The notes: generated by a model not told the origin, from the sequence alone. Shown: positions 47,254 through 57,407, counted from the stretch's first letter. The stretch is DNA of 64,000 bases from a virus (IMGVR_UViG_3300002835_000172:813-64812); one strand, 5' to 3'. Numbers and translations: made by a program.

Positions 47254-50101
47254 GACGAATCTCGTCCGCAGCCTCTTTCAGATTTTTGAGATTGACTCGT
47301 ATTGCTTGAATTGAGGCATCTATCTTGATTTTATCTGCTGGCGTAGCGGCATCCAATGAACCCCAAGCCTCTTTCATGTTTTCAACAATCAGATCAATTT
47401 GCTGTACTGTGAGTTTTGAAATTGAGTCTTGTATTTGCGCTAGTGCTGGTGCATCCTGTCGGTTGAACTGATCAACTGCGAGCATTCTTTTTGCATCCGC
47501 CTTGGATAGTTCTCTGATTTTTCCTACGCCGTTGTTGTAGATGCCATGGTCAATTGGGATTTGCTCATTTCCAACCCAGAGGTAGTTGCCTGCATGCCTA
47601 TCGGGATTGCCCATAACGCGATCCAAAACTCGCACCATTCCTTGCGCTACTGGATCTATCTGATTTGGACGATTCCGTCCAGCCTTTATGTCACCGTCAA
47701 CTACATCACCATAATGCTCTACAAGAATTGCCGCATTCCTAGTTATATTTCGGTGACCACGAATACTAACCATGTCTCCAGCAATTCTCACTCTAGACAT
47801 CGGTCTGCCAAATGCTTGACCAAGCACCGCTGCGTATTGTTCACCAATAAATTCATTTTCAACAAAAGACGGGCTCTTTAGGATATATTTTTTACCAGAA
47901 ACAGCATCTTCCACTACATATGTTTTGTTCTTTTTGCTTCGTGACGCCCTGTTGTTGATTCCGTTACCCGGATCAGCCAACAACTTAAATCGTTTTGAGA
48001 TCTGACCAGCAGGCTCGTTCGGATAGTTTCCATTGGCAAGAATCGCATCTTTCAGGAAAGCATCTGGGACATCATCAAGATCTCCGCCATTTTTCACAAA
48101 CTGATTTGCTTTTGCTTGTGTTGAAATGTTTGCGTTGCCCTTTTTCACTGCCTTGGGGACAAGTATTCCATCTATTTCAACGTGACCATGGTTTTTATTG
48201 AACCGTGACGCTTTGCTTTTCTTTATCCCTGCAACGTTTCGGTCATTGACTCTCTTCGCGGCTTCTTCGTCAAGTGAAACAACATTATTTTTTGGTGCGT
48301 TTCTTACTCTCGGCGCTCTTGGGGGAGTTGGTGGTGTTGGAGGTTCTGGTGGTGTTGGCGAACCATCCCCCTGTGATGGTGGGGTAGGGGCGTTTAATTG
48401 TGCATTTATCCTGTTGCGAAGAGCGGTCAATCCTCCAGCAGGAACACCAAATTCTTCTCTGACCATTCTACGGTCTTGGAGTTGTTGGTTTCCTCTAACT
48501 GCCATCATCTGATCATCGTCTAATACATAATACGCATCACGACCAGAGGATTTTCCATTTTGCGTATATGCAACAACATGGAATTGACGGTTCTCAAGTC
48601 TTGCGAGGCGGTTAGCCTTTTCTTTGGCATCTTCAAATCGGCTATAAGCAACACCAGTGTGGTCAAAATCTTGTGTTGGTTCAAGACGAGGATTCCTTGC
48701 CGCAGGGCGCACAGGTTTTACTGGTGCTGGTTCAGGTACATCATCAGGTGCGGGTTTCCGAGTTGCGCTACGGGCGGCGCCTGCTGTCGTTGCCTTCTTG
48801 CGACGACCACGGTTATTCCTTGGACGACGAGCCTGCGGTGTCGGTGGTTCAAAATCTTGTGGTGCGCTACGACCGTGAGCATCTTTCCAAGCGTCACGAA
48901 GATTAGGTTTGTTGATTGCATACCATTCGCGGCGTGTCAACATTCCAGCATTTCCACCACCTGCACGGATTTCACGAACACGCTTAGCGTATTCGTTGTA
49001 TTTTCTTAATACATATGGGCTGAAATCTTCTGATGCTCCTGCGTCTGATGCTTCGCGTGCTGTCAGTACATCAACATTGGCTGGTTGTGGTGCAACGCGT
49101 GGGCGTGGCTGTGGTCGTCGTTGTCCTGCTGGTGCAGGTCGGCGTGTAGGACGAGGTTTTGGCGCAGGTGTTGGCGCTGTTTCTGGAATAACATCGCGTC
49201 TCCTGTTTTGTGGTCGGCGAGCAGACGGTGCATCCACTTCTGCCTGTTCATTACCTTGCTGTCTTTCACCTCTAACAGCGTTCACAACTCTGCCAACATT
49301 GCTTGCATTCCAAACTTCGGCAGCGAATTCTCTACCTCCACCACGAGCCCTTCGTGGTTTCGGTTTGTCACCACCTTCAAGACGATCAGCAATTCCTCTT
49401 AAACCACCTTCAACGCGACCAGTCTCGGGAACCCCACCAAGCCGTCTCATCATTCGTGCGTTACGACGGTCAAGGCGACGCTTTCGTTTGTCGTCATCTC
49501 GTTGTTCTAAGCGTTCACCAATGTCAGCGATTTGGTTGGCGATACGGCGTGCTACGCCCCAACCACACGAACGACCAAAGCGATCGGTGATCTGTCCGCC
49601 ATATCGTGTCCCTACAGGGCATCGGAAACCACCACGACGGTTAGTGCCGGGAATAGAAAGACTCGGATCCCAAATTGCTCGCACACCTTTGATTTCAAAG
49701 TTGAAAGATGATTGGGTTTGATCAGAGATAAATGATGAAGCCTTAAAACTCAGAACATTTCGGAATTCTTCGTTTGAAAACTCAGAAAGTAAAACCTCAG
49801 ATATTGACAGAACAGGAAGGTTTTTGGTTTCTACAATTTCCTGTTTAAGGAATGCAAGGTTTGCAACCTTTTTCTCTATCGCTGATCCTGATGGGCTTGG
49901 ACCTTCAATAATTTTTGATGAGTCCATTGTTTGAACTAGTTCAGGTTTTGTTATAGGTGTTTTGCCATATTCTTGACGGAGAAATTTGGCAACTTCTTTA
50001 GCGGCTTCGGTCATTGGCTTGAAGGTGGATCCTTCAGGGGTCGTTGAGACGACCATAAATGGTGTGTTGTCGCGATTTTTGATAATGAAAACTAGGTTCA
50101 T
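47240..50101 (-). CDS. large effector-like protein: RCPVG module + linker + HipA/PI3-4-kinase-like domain
   Basis: shared module at about aa 118-205; KKYILK, NEFIGE, LDRVMGNPDRHAGN, PIDHG. Confidence 0.75.
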   Translation of the reverse strand: MNLVFIIKNRDNTPFMVVSTTPEGSTFKPMTEAAKEVAKFLRQEYGKTPITKPELVQTMDSSKIIEGPSPSGSAIEKKVANLAFLKQEIVETKNLPVLSISEVLLSEFSNEEFRNVLSFKASSFISDQTQSSFNFEIKGVRAIWDPSLSIPGTNRRGGFRCPVGTRYGGQITDRFGRSCGWGVARRIANQIADIGERLEQRDDDKRKRRLDRRNARMMRRLGGVPETGRVEGGLRGIADRLEGGDKPKPRRARGGGREFAAEVWNASNVGRVVNAVRGERQQGNEQAEVDAPSARRPQNRRRDVIPETAPTPAPKPRPTRRPAPAGQRRPQPRPRVAPQPANVDVLTAREASDAGASEDFSPYVLRKYNEYAKRVREIRAGGGNAGMLTRREWYAINKPNLRDAWKDAHGRSAPQDFEPPTPQARRPRNNRGRRKKATTAGAARSATRKPAPDDVPEPAPVKPVRPAARNPRLEPTQDFDHTGVAYSRFEDAKEKANRLARLENRQFHVVAYTQNGKSSGRDAYYVLDDDQMMAVRGNQQLQDRRMVREEFGVPAGGLTALRNRINAQLNAPTPPSQGDGSPTPPEPPTPPTPPRAPRVRNAPKNNVVSLDEEAAKRVNDRNVAGIKKSKASRFNKNHGHVEIDGILVPKAVKKGNANISTQAKANQFVKNGGDLDDVPDAFLKDAILANGNYPNEPAGQISKRFKLLADPGNGINNRASRSKKNKTYVVEDAVSGKKYILKSPSFVENEFIGEQYAAVLGQAFGRPMSRVRIAGDMVSIRGHRNITRNAAILVEHYGDVVDGDIKAGRNRPNQIDPVAQGMVRVLDRVMGNPDRHAGNYLWVGNEQIPIDHGIYNNGVGKIRELSKADAKRMLAVDQFNRQDAPALAQIQDSISKLTVQQIDLIVENMKEAWGSLDAATPADKIKIDASIQAIRVNLKNLKEAADEIRLARP

Positions 50102-50223
50102 TGTTTACTTTCCACATTCGTGAAGATATTCAGCAAGCCATGCAAATCTTGAGGTTGCATTATCGCTACCGTAAAATGGTATCACTAAGTGGGTGATATT
50201 AATTTTAGGTTGATGTCAATATA

Positions 50224-50520
50224 TTATTTGTTATCTAATTTTTTGTGACCCAAGGCAACTAGGAAATTATTAATTTTATCCTTATTTGAACCCTTGTACT
50301 CAAGTATTTCTGCATGACGGTATGAGTACCCATGCAACATACTCTCAAGGTCAGCCTTATCCGACGAGCCTTTCTTGACCGCCAAAAAGTGTTCATTATC
50401 CTTTTTGTCGGAATCTTTATCCTTTGAGTAATACTTAATAATCCCTTTATCGTCCTCAACTATGACGAGTGGATCCACCTGAACTAGTGGGTCTTTGGAG
50501 GTGATGATCGCTGCTCTCAT
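50224..50520 (-). CDS. small partner ORF (paralogue of 54910-55227)
   Basis: MRAAII...DPLVIVEDDKGI...GYSYRH. Confidence 0.6.
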   Translation of the reverse strand: MRAAIITSKDPLVQVDPLVIVEDDKGIIKYYSKDKDSDKKDNEHFLAVKKGSSDKADLESMLHGYSYRHAEILEYKGSNKDKINNFLVALGHKKLDNK

Positions 50521-50525
50521 GGTTC

Positions 50526-53198
50526 CTATGATCCTATAATCAAATCAGCAAGTCTGCCGGGGTCAACATCTGTTATATATTTCATTTTTCTTTGCGGTTT
50601 TACGCCAACCCTCAAAAGAGCCTGATCCCCACCCCTAGGGTTAGCGGTTCCATCCCCACCGGCTTTCAGTACATCTTCAACAACATTCATATACGGGTTT
50701 TTACGCTCTGCCTCACGGATGGACTTCTGAACCTCTTCAACGGCTAAGAGTATCTCGCGCCGACTTATTTGCCTATCTTTGAATTGCTGTCTCAATGTTG
50801 CAAGCATCTCGTTTCTTCTACCACCAACATCGTTGCCTAAAAAGCCTCGTAATCCTTCGTCGTTACCATCATAATTTTCGTGAGCCCGCCCACCCCAGTT
50901 GACATCAAACCCAAGAGAAGGATCAATTGGGACGAACCGCTTCTTACCACTGGAGTCAGTCGCTACAAAGAAGTTCCCTCCATGGCGGTCTCTGTTGACC
51001 ATGATGTAGTCCAAAAGTGTCGCTCTAACACGATCGGCGGGTTTTATTTGCGACACGGCTACTTGATTTCTTCCGTCTGTCAGCGCCCCATCAACGTAGT
51101 TCCCTGCGTGTTCATAAACAATAGCCCTACCAGCGCTGTTAGGGGCACCCGGTCCACCTTTTTGTTTTCCATCCATTCGCACACCACCGATAGGCATGCC
51201 AAGTCTACCAGCAAGATTATTGCCAATCACTTCATGAATGTCTTCGTTTTCTGCATGGGCACCACTTTGGTATTTTAAGAAAAACTTGTTTCCAGTGATG
51301 GCGTCGGTAAACATATGCATATTGTTGGGAATGTTGCCGTTAACACCACCACCAGCATCTGATTTAGAGAATCTTGTTGTTGCACCGTGTAGCGCTTCAC
51401 CCAATAACTCATCAGGGACATCAGCCAAATCTCCACCTTTTTCTAGGTGGTCAATTGCTTGCTCCTTGGTATCCATACCTTTGTTCCCCAATGGAACGCT
51501 TTTCACATCAGGCAAACCGTCTTCACCTAATTTGTTCAGTTTTTCTGGTGCATGACCATCTTTTGCTTTTGGTGGTGAGACATCCCATCCACCTTCTGGT
51601 TCTGGTATGTCTGCTGGTCGTTGTGGTGGTTGCGCTGGTTGCTGTACGCGTGGAGCGTTCTGGTCGTTGACATTATTATTTGGTACAACAACTTGATTTC
51701 GTTGCCTAAATTCAATAGCAGCATCAATTTCGGCAAGTCTTAATTCGGCAGCGGAAACTCCGTCTTTTATTTTTTCTTTTTGTCCCCACATTCGCAATAA
51801 ATTATCTCTGGCTTCGTCTCTTTCCCGTTCGCTACCATTCTTTTTACTCTGCCAGTCTTCAAAGGCTCTATCAAATCCTGCTTGAGCCTCTTTGAGAAGT
51901 TCTTGATCTCTAATTTTCTTTCCCAAAACTTCTTCTTTGGACATGTTGCGCAAATTATTGTAAGCGTTCGGCTTGTATCTTTCAATTTCCCCTTCTACTG
52001 CTTTGACTAAAGCCTCGTCTCTTTGCTGGTCAAACTCCCTGCGGGGGTTTATGTCTCTTGCTGGCAGTGGCGGTGGACCTGCTCGTCGTGCAGGTGCTTC
52101 AGGTTCAGGCTGTGGCGCTCCTGCTTGTTGCCCAAATATTTGTTGGTTAACAAAATTGCCACGAGCATTACGCTTATTGTTGTCATCGTAATACCGACCA
52201 AACCTTCTCTCTAGTTCGGCTTTTTCTTCGCCTTCAGGGAAGTCTGGTTTACGCCAATACGCATCTTCGGGTAGTCCGCGAAGATCGCCAAATCGGTTAA
52301 CAACATTACGGATAGAACGATCGTCCGGTATGCTCCCTCCCAACTCGTCTGCTGTTGGGTTCCATGCGGGTGGTGGTGGAATTGGTGATGATTGTTCCGC
52401 TGGTCGTTCTGGTGGTTTTGGTGCGGGTTTTCTGCGTGGCACCTTTGTCGGTACAGGTTTTGAACCGTCAACAAAATCTGCTTCAGGTTTTCTTCTAACA
52501 GTTCTTTTTGCGCCTTGTTGTGTAGCGTTTCGTCGGCGTCGTCGTGGAGCATTTGGTGCGGGTGGTTCACCTGTGCGTGGTGCGCCGGGTTGAACTATTT
52601 CTCTGTCCATTCTTCGTGCTTCTGATTCACGGAGATTTCCTCTTCTCCGAGGTGCCCGTGCTGGTTCTCTTGCTGGTTGTTCAGCATCTCCGCCAACAGG
52701 GATTCTTGGACGAGCAGGAGGTTCTATGCGTGCAGGATTTTGAACAGCGATTCGTGGACGAGCAGGAGCGCGTGGAGTAGTTACTGGTTTTCCAGTTGCT
52801 CCACCATCTAACGCGTCTGCCAAACCGCGAGCGCCACGCTCAAGTAAGCCGGGTTTATCTTGACGAGCCAAAAACCGTTGCACACGCGCATTCCGTTTTG
52901 CCAAACGAGCATTTCGTTTACGGTCGTCAACATTTTCTAGCCGTTCACCAATATCTGCTATCTGGTTTGCGATTCTCCGAGCAACACCCCACCCGCAAGA
53001 CCTTCCGTAACGGTCAGTGATTTGACCGCCATATCTTGTACCAACAGGGCAACGCCAACCACCACGGCGATTGGTGCCCGGAATAGACAAACTTGGATCC
53101 CAGAGAGCGCGAGCGCCTTTAACATCATAATTAAAAGTACTTGCAGTTTGCTCAGCGAGAAACGCGAGCGCCTTGTAATTCACTTCATTCTTGAGCAT
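50526..53198 (-). CDS. large effector-like protein: RCPVG module + linker + HipA/PI3-4-kinase-like domain
   Basis: shared N-terminal module; KFFLKY, IHEVIG, LLDYIMVNRDRHGGN, PIDP. Confidence 0.75.
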   Translation of the reverse strand: MLKNEVNYKALAFLAEQTASTFNYDVKGARALWDPSLSIPGTNRRGGWRCPVGTRYGGQITDRYGRSCGWGVARRIANQIADIGERLENVDDRKRNARLAKRNARVQRFLARQDKPGLLERGARGLADALDGGATGKPVTTPRAPARPRIAVQNPARIEPPARPRIPVGGDAEQPAREPARAPRRRGNLRESEARRMDREIVQPGAPRTGEPPAPNAPRRRRRNATQQGAKRTVRRKPEADFVDGSKPVPTKVPRRKPAPKPPERPAEQSSPIPPPPAWNPTADELGGSIPDDRSIRNVVNRFGDLRGLPEDAYWRKPDFPEGEEKAELERRFGRYYDDNNKRNARGNFVNQQIFGQQAGAPQPEPEAPARRAGPPPLPARDINPRREFDQQRDEALVKAVEGEIERYKPNAYNNLRNMSKEEVLGKKIRDQELLKEAQAGFDRAFEDWQSKKNGSERERDEARDNLLRMWGQKEKIKDGVSAAELRLAEIDAAIEFRQRNQVVVPNNNVNDQNAPRVQQPAQPPQRPADIPEPEGGWDVSPPKAKDGHAPEKLNKLGEDGLPDVKSVPLGNKGMDTKEQAIDHLEKGGDLADVPDELLGEALHGATTRFSKSDAGGGVNGNIPNNMHMFTDAITGNKFFLKYQSGAHAENEDIHEVIGNNLAGRLGMPIGGVRMDGKQKGGPGAPNSAGRAIVYEHAGNYVDGALTDGRNQVAVSQIKPADRVRATLLDYIMVNRDRHGGNFFVATDSSGKKRFVPIDPSLGFDVNWGGRAHENYDGNDEGLRGFLGNDVGGRRNEMLATLRQQFKDRQISRREILLAVEEVQKSIREAERKNPYMNVVEDVLKAGGDGTANPRGGDQALLRVGVKPQRKMKYITDVDPGRLADLIIGS

Positions 53199-54917
53199 TT
53201 ATTTTTTCTTCTTTGCGCTAACCAAGTCTGGTTTGATGAAGGTTTCGTACTGCCAACGAGGTGCTGTTCTTTCAATACCGTCAAGACCTGTGTAAGTAAC
53301 GAGTTCTAGAGGCTTTGGAAGCCTACCAGTATCAGCGATGAACTTGAATGCGCCTTCGGATTTTTTGGCGAAATCCTCAATGTTAGAAATGATGTTGTCT
53401 TTAGTGCTTGATTCTGCAAGAGAGTTAATCATTCGTGGGAACTTGCGCTTCTCGCCGATGGTAAATGGTCGTGAACGCTCAATGCTTACGACTACTCCGT
53501 TCGGCGCAACGAACGAGATTCTGCTCATAGATGGTCCACCAAGAAGGGCAAGATCATCAGCACCTATGTCGGATGGGAGTTGCACTGCACGAACCATAGC
53601 ACCGTCAACCATGTCAGGGTTCTCACTAAATGAACGAAGAACAGAAGATGGAACAACTGGTCGTAGAACAACACCATCTCGTCGGATCATTCGTCCTTCG
53701 CCTGCTGGTGCACCTTTGAGTGTTGATATTGATTGCTGTACGGAAGCGTTGAACTTATCTTTTTGGAAAGCGCCAGTTCGCGGGATTTGTGCCATACGAC
53801 TAATTTGGATTGTGCGCGTGTTGCTTGGGTTACCTTCTAGAACTTCTGAAAGATTTTCTGCTCGTGCTGTTGGCAATTTTGGTGGTGCAAGTCTTCGGGC
53901 TGCTCGTGCGAGCAACGCTAGTGGTCCTGGTATTTCAAACAACTGCGCTCCACATGTTGAGAAACGGTTGTCTGTGAAACGACCACCATATTCAAAACCG
54001 CTCGGGCATCGTGCTTGACGCCTGCGATTAGGCTTGAGCCTGCTGAGCGCCCCACCGCCACCGCCGGGAATAAGTGCGCCATAAAGTCTTGAGCGAATAG
54101 GTGCGCTGAATGGGGATATGTTGCCCGGTGTTACTACTGAACCAACCGCCTGAGCGGCTCTACCAAGTCCACTTGAAGAACCAACAAGACCTGCTTTGAT
54201 TTCCATGTCTTCAGCGTCATCTTTTTCAACACGGTATCCACCGCCACGCTTCTTGTATTCGCGAACAAGCCAAGCGTTTGCGTATGCGGACGGGTATACA
54301 TTGAATTTCTTTTTTGCTTCGGCTTTTACTCGCGCATAAAGTTCTTTGTCCGTTGGGATATTCGCACCTTTTAATGTGGTCTCATCAGATTTGAATGTGG
54401 ACACATTGATCGGCTTGTTTTCTTCTCGGTTACCCGCTGTTTCTGCACGACGCTTTCTGCGAACAGCGGAATCAATTTCTTCTGCGGACATTCTCATCGC
54501 TGTAGATTTCTTTACACACTTAGGGTATTTACCTGAATCTGCGTCTCCGCGACCACATGACTCAAATCCGCCACCTTTTTTCGGGCGTGAAATATCAACC
54601 CATTCTTCTTCAAACCATTTCCCTAATCCACCGCGCTTGGATTCATCACCGATAAAGGTTTCCGCACCTAGTTTTGATGTACGAGACTTTAGGTAAAGTT
54701 TTGCTTTAAAGTTTAGAAGAGCCCTACTTCCGTCAAGCGGAGTTTTACGAACATCTGATCCTTTAGTGAAAAGGAATTTTGTTTTTGCATTATCTGGGTT
54801 AAAATAAATTTCCTCACCAGAGACAATATTCGTCCGTTTCATAGCAGTTTTCATACGCATAGACATACGGAGTTTCCGTGCGAAATACTCAAAGTCTTGG
54901 TTGAGATAACTACTCAT
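53199..54917 (-). CDS. multidomain head-region protein (DUF5872-like domains + RCPSG module + unknown C-terminal domain)
   Basis: GGLGKWFEEEWVDI..CGR..YPKC; LYARVKAEAKKKF.VYPSAYA..W...YKKRGG; RCPSGFEYGGRFTD...CG. Confidence 0.6.
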   Translation of the reverse strand: MSSYLNQDFEYFARKLRMSMRMKTAMKRTNIVSGEEIYFNPDNAKTKFLFTKGSDVRKTPLDGSRALLNFKAKLYLKSRTSKLGAETFIGDESKRGGLGKWFEEEWVDISRPKKGGGFESCGRGDADSGKYPKCVKKSTAMRMSAEEIDSAVRRKRRAETAGNREENKPINVSTFKSDETTLKGANIPTDKELYARVKAEAKKKFNVYPSAYANAWLVREYKKRGGGYRVEKDDAEDMEIKAGLVGSSSGLGRAAQAVGSVVTPGNISPFSAPIRSRLYGALIPGGGGGALSRLKPNRRRQARCPSGFEYGGRFTDNRFSTCGAQLFEIPGPLALLARAARRLAPPKLPTARAENLSEVLEGNPSNTRTIQISRMAQIPRTGAFQKDKFNASVQQSISTLKGAPAGEGRMIRRDGVVLRPVVPSSVLRSFSENPDMVDGAMVRAVQLPSDIGADDLALLGGPSMSRISFVAPNGVVVSIERSRPFTIGEKRKFPRMINSLAESSTKDNIISNIEDFAKKSEGAFKFIADTGRLPKPLELVTYTGLDGIERTAPRWQYETFIKPDLVSAKKKK

Positions 54918-55227
54918 TTTTTGCCGATTCTTTCGGTTCTTCAGGTTCCGCTATTTCTGCGGGCAAGGTTGTCTTCCACTTTTTAGCCAACTGCCTTAAA
55001 AGTGTAATATTTTTTTCATCCAGCACATTAGTACTAACACTATGATACGACATTCCCGAGGTTGCTTTTTCAATAGTGTCCCTTTGGGACAGAAACAATT
55101 CGTTTGTCAAACTTGATGCGAACTTCGGGTCAGGGGCTACCACACCAAAAATGCCGTAATCTCCTTCCAGTAGGACATATGGGTTTCCCGAAACATCGGT
55201 GCTTGGGGTTACAAGGGCGTATCTCAT
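54910..55227 (-). CDS. small partner ORF (paralogue of 50224-50520)
   Basis: MRYALV...NPYVLLEGDYGI...GMSYHS; overlaps the stop codon of 55224-57077. Confidence 0.6.
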   Translation of the reverse strand: MRYALVTPSTDVSGNPYVLLEGDYGIFGVVAPDPKFASSLTNELFLSQRDTIEKATSGMSYHSVSTNVLDEKNITLLRQLAKKWKTTLPAEIAEPEEPKESAKNE

Positions 55228-57077
55228 ACAACACTCGCTACAAGATCTTCTAATGCCGAATCCGCTTTAGGGGCAGGTGGTACAACAATGATGTCTGCCA
55301 ACTGTTTTGGGGTCATCCCTTGCATTTCTCTTAGGCGTGACGCTGACTTTCTGATATCTGACTGCAACGTTTCTAGTTGCTCCAACTGCTCAGGGTTCAT
55401 CGCAAATTCGCCTATCAAATTGCGATCCTTGACCATCTCGTCAAGTTGGCTCAAAAGGCGATCTTCCAATGAATCTGCGTCAATTTTCTGTATATCTTGT
55501 AGAACCTTTTCGGCTTCCCCAACTAGTTCGCCATGGCTTTCGGCTGATCTACCATGACGCAAAGTAAGTTCGTTGCCGACTGGATGATTACGAATACCTG
55601 AAGAAAATTTTTCTGCTGTATCACTAAATTCGTAAACGCTCATCACAAAACTATGGTCAATAGGGATGGCGTCAACACCATCGGAGTTTTCCGCGAACAG
55701 AATGTTCCCACTATGCCTATCTCCATTAGCCAAAACAATATCCATCACATGCATATGAACCAATTTTCGGCTATCAACTTTTTTCATCACTTCCGGATCA
55801 GAAGAAAGAATCTTCCCTTCGTATGAGTTATGAACCAGATCCGTAACAACACCCATAGCCGCCCTAGTTGGTGCTGCTTGAACCACGCGAAGCGAAGACG
55901 ATGGATAGCCAAACTCCTCAGTTATTGACACAGCAAGAACCTCATTCACAGGTTCAAACCATCGGGATGCTCCACCCTTGGTCAGGGGTGCTTTGCTATG
56001 CGGAACATTCTCATCCCACATGGACTGCCGTGAAGCGTATTTGACACCAAACATTTGACCTGTTGACCTATCTCGGAAGCGATTCATCCCTACGACACCG
56101 CCACCAGTGCCAAGTAACTCAAATCGCTTTATTTCTGAAACATTGCCTTCAGAGTCGTAAACATCAATATTTTCTAGAATCGCGTCAAGTACCAAAGCAT
56201 CACTTATTTCATTTAGTTTTCCGCCATTGGCAATATGCTGTGAAGCCTTCTCAACTGTGTCAATGTCTTTTTTGACAGTAGGGAGATCTCTTGAAATATT
56301 TCTTCCGTTTGCATCAGCAATACCTATAACAGGATCAAAATCTTTTGCCTTCGCAATAGTGCTATTGCCTTTCTTGAAACCGCTAGGCGATTTGACCACG
56401 GGTGGATCAGCCTTCGGATCCTCTTTTTTATCTTTGCGACGCTTTAATGTCGCTAGGAGGAAATTCTTTGCATCAACGGTGGCGTCTCGTTTAATCTTCC
56501 CCGCTACTGCTTCCAACTGTTCTTTTTTCTTGTCAGATATTTTCCCGCGCCTATGAAGCGAGTCAGTAGCAAAGTCCAATAGTTGCGCACCGCCAGACTT
56601 CAATAAAACCATACCGAAAAGCGTAGATTGTGTCATTGAATCTGAACCATCTGCGTACATGTAATCCATTGTTTGCAGGGCAATCATCGCCGCTGCTTTT
56701 GAACCATTTTTTACTTTTTCAGATTTGAAAATTACCCGAGCGCCATCAATCAATTTCCCAGCCATGGAAGCCGCCCCGCGTGCTGCTGATTCAGCAGAAG
56801 GGGTGAGGCAGTTGGACATCTGCATGTCGGTGAACTGATTTGCGTTAGGTGTACCGGGTGGGCATCGCAACTTACCCAAAGAATCAACTATCACCCCCGC
56901 AGCGCGCGCCGCTCTATGACCGACGGAGGTTAACTCTGGTCGGTCTTTTACAGTAGGTCCAAGGAAACCTTTGAACAGCAAAACATTCTCTTGAACAGCA
57001 GCAACAGATTTGCGGTATTCTGCAACTCTCTCGTTTGCGTCAAAAGCGCGAGACGATTTGATCATCGCCTCAACCAA
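55224..57077 (-). CDS. effector-like protein: RCPPG module + HipA/PI3-4-kinase-like domain
   Basis: LRCPPGTPNANQFTD...C; MFGVKY, VNEVLA, MDIVLANGDRHSGN, PIDHS. Confidence 0.72.
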   Translation of the reverse strand: MVEAMIKSSRAFDANERVAEYRKSVAAVQENVLLFKGFLGPTVKDRPELTSVGHRAARAAGVIVDSLGKLRCPPGTPNANQFTDMQMSNCLTPSAESAARGAASMAGKLIDGARVIFKSEKVKNGSKAAAMIALQTMDYMYADGSDSMTQSTLFGMVLLKSGGAQLLDFATDSLHRRGKISDKKKEQLEAVAGKIKRDATVDAKNFLLATLKRRKDKKEDPKADPPVVKSPSGFKKGNSTIAKAKDFDPVIGIADANGRNISRDLPTVKKDIDTVEKASQHIANGGKLNEISDALVLDAILENIDVYDSEGNVSEIKRFELLGTGGGVVGMNRFRDRSTGQMFGVKYASRQSMWDENVPHSKAPLTKGGASRWFEPVNEVLAVSITEEFGYPSSSLRVVQAAPTRAAMGVVTDLVHNSYEGKILSSDPEVMKKVDSRKLVHMHVMDIVLANGDRHSGNILFAENSDGVDAIPIDHSFVMSVYEFSDTAEKFSSGIRNHPVGNELTLRHGRSAESHGELVGEAEKVLQDIQKIDADSLEDRLLSQLDEMVKDRNLIGEFAMNPEQLEQLETLQSDIRKSASRLREMQGMTPKQLADIIVVPPAPKADSALEDLVASVV

Positions 57078-57407
57078 CTATTTGTCGCTAGATTCTGACG
57101 CTTTGTTAAAGAAAGAAAGTGGAACAACATCATCATCCTCTGCATCTTTTTTCTTAGAAGGCTTTTTCGTTTCCACTTTGGTTTCTTGTGCATCCTCAAC
57201 AGGTTCATCAACGCTGATCTCTACTGATGCAGGTGTTTCAACTTCCAACACTGCTTCTTCAACGACAACTACTTCCTCTTTGACTTCAACCTCAACAACA
57301 GAAATCTGAACTTCAGGCGTCTCAACTACGGGCACTTGTTCTTGTTTTGTGTCAAAAGCAAGACCAGAAGTGTTCACTGAGTCAAAAGGTTGGTTTTCTT
57401 TTTTCAT
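57078..57407 (-). CDS. Glu/Val-rich low-complexity protein
   Basis: 109 aa, coupled to both neighbours. Confidence 0.55.
   Translation of the reverse strand: MKKENQPFDSVNTSGLAFDTKQEQVPVVETPEVQISVVEVEVKEEVVVVEEAVLEVETPASVEISVDEPVEDAQETKVETKKPSKKKDAEDDDVVPLSFFNKASESSDK

Noticed and set aside
43936-53198. Diversity-generating retroelement as the explanation for the repeated N-terminal DNA blocks
   Set aside because: The repeats are in-frame coding paralogues that differ mainly at synonymous positions rather than adenine-specific ones, and there is no reverse transcriptase in the window.
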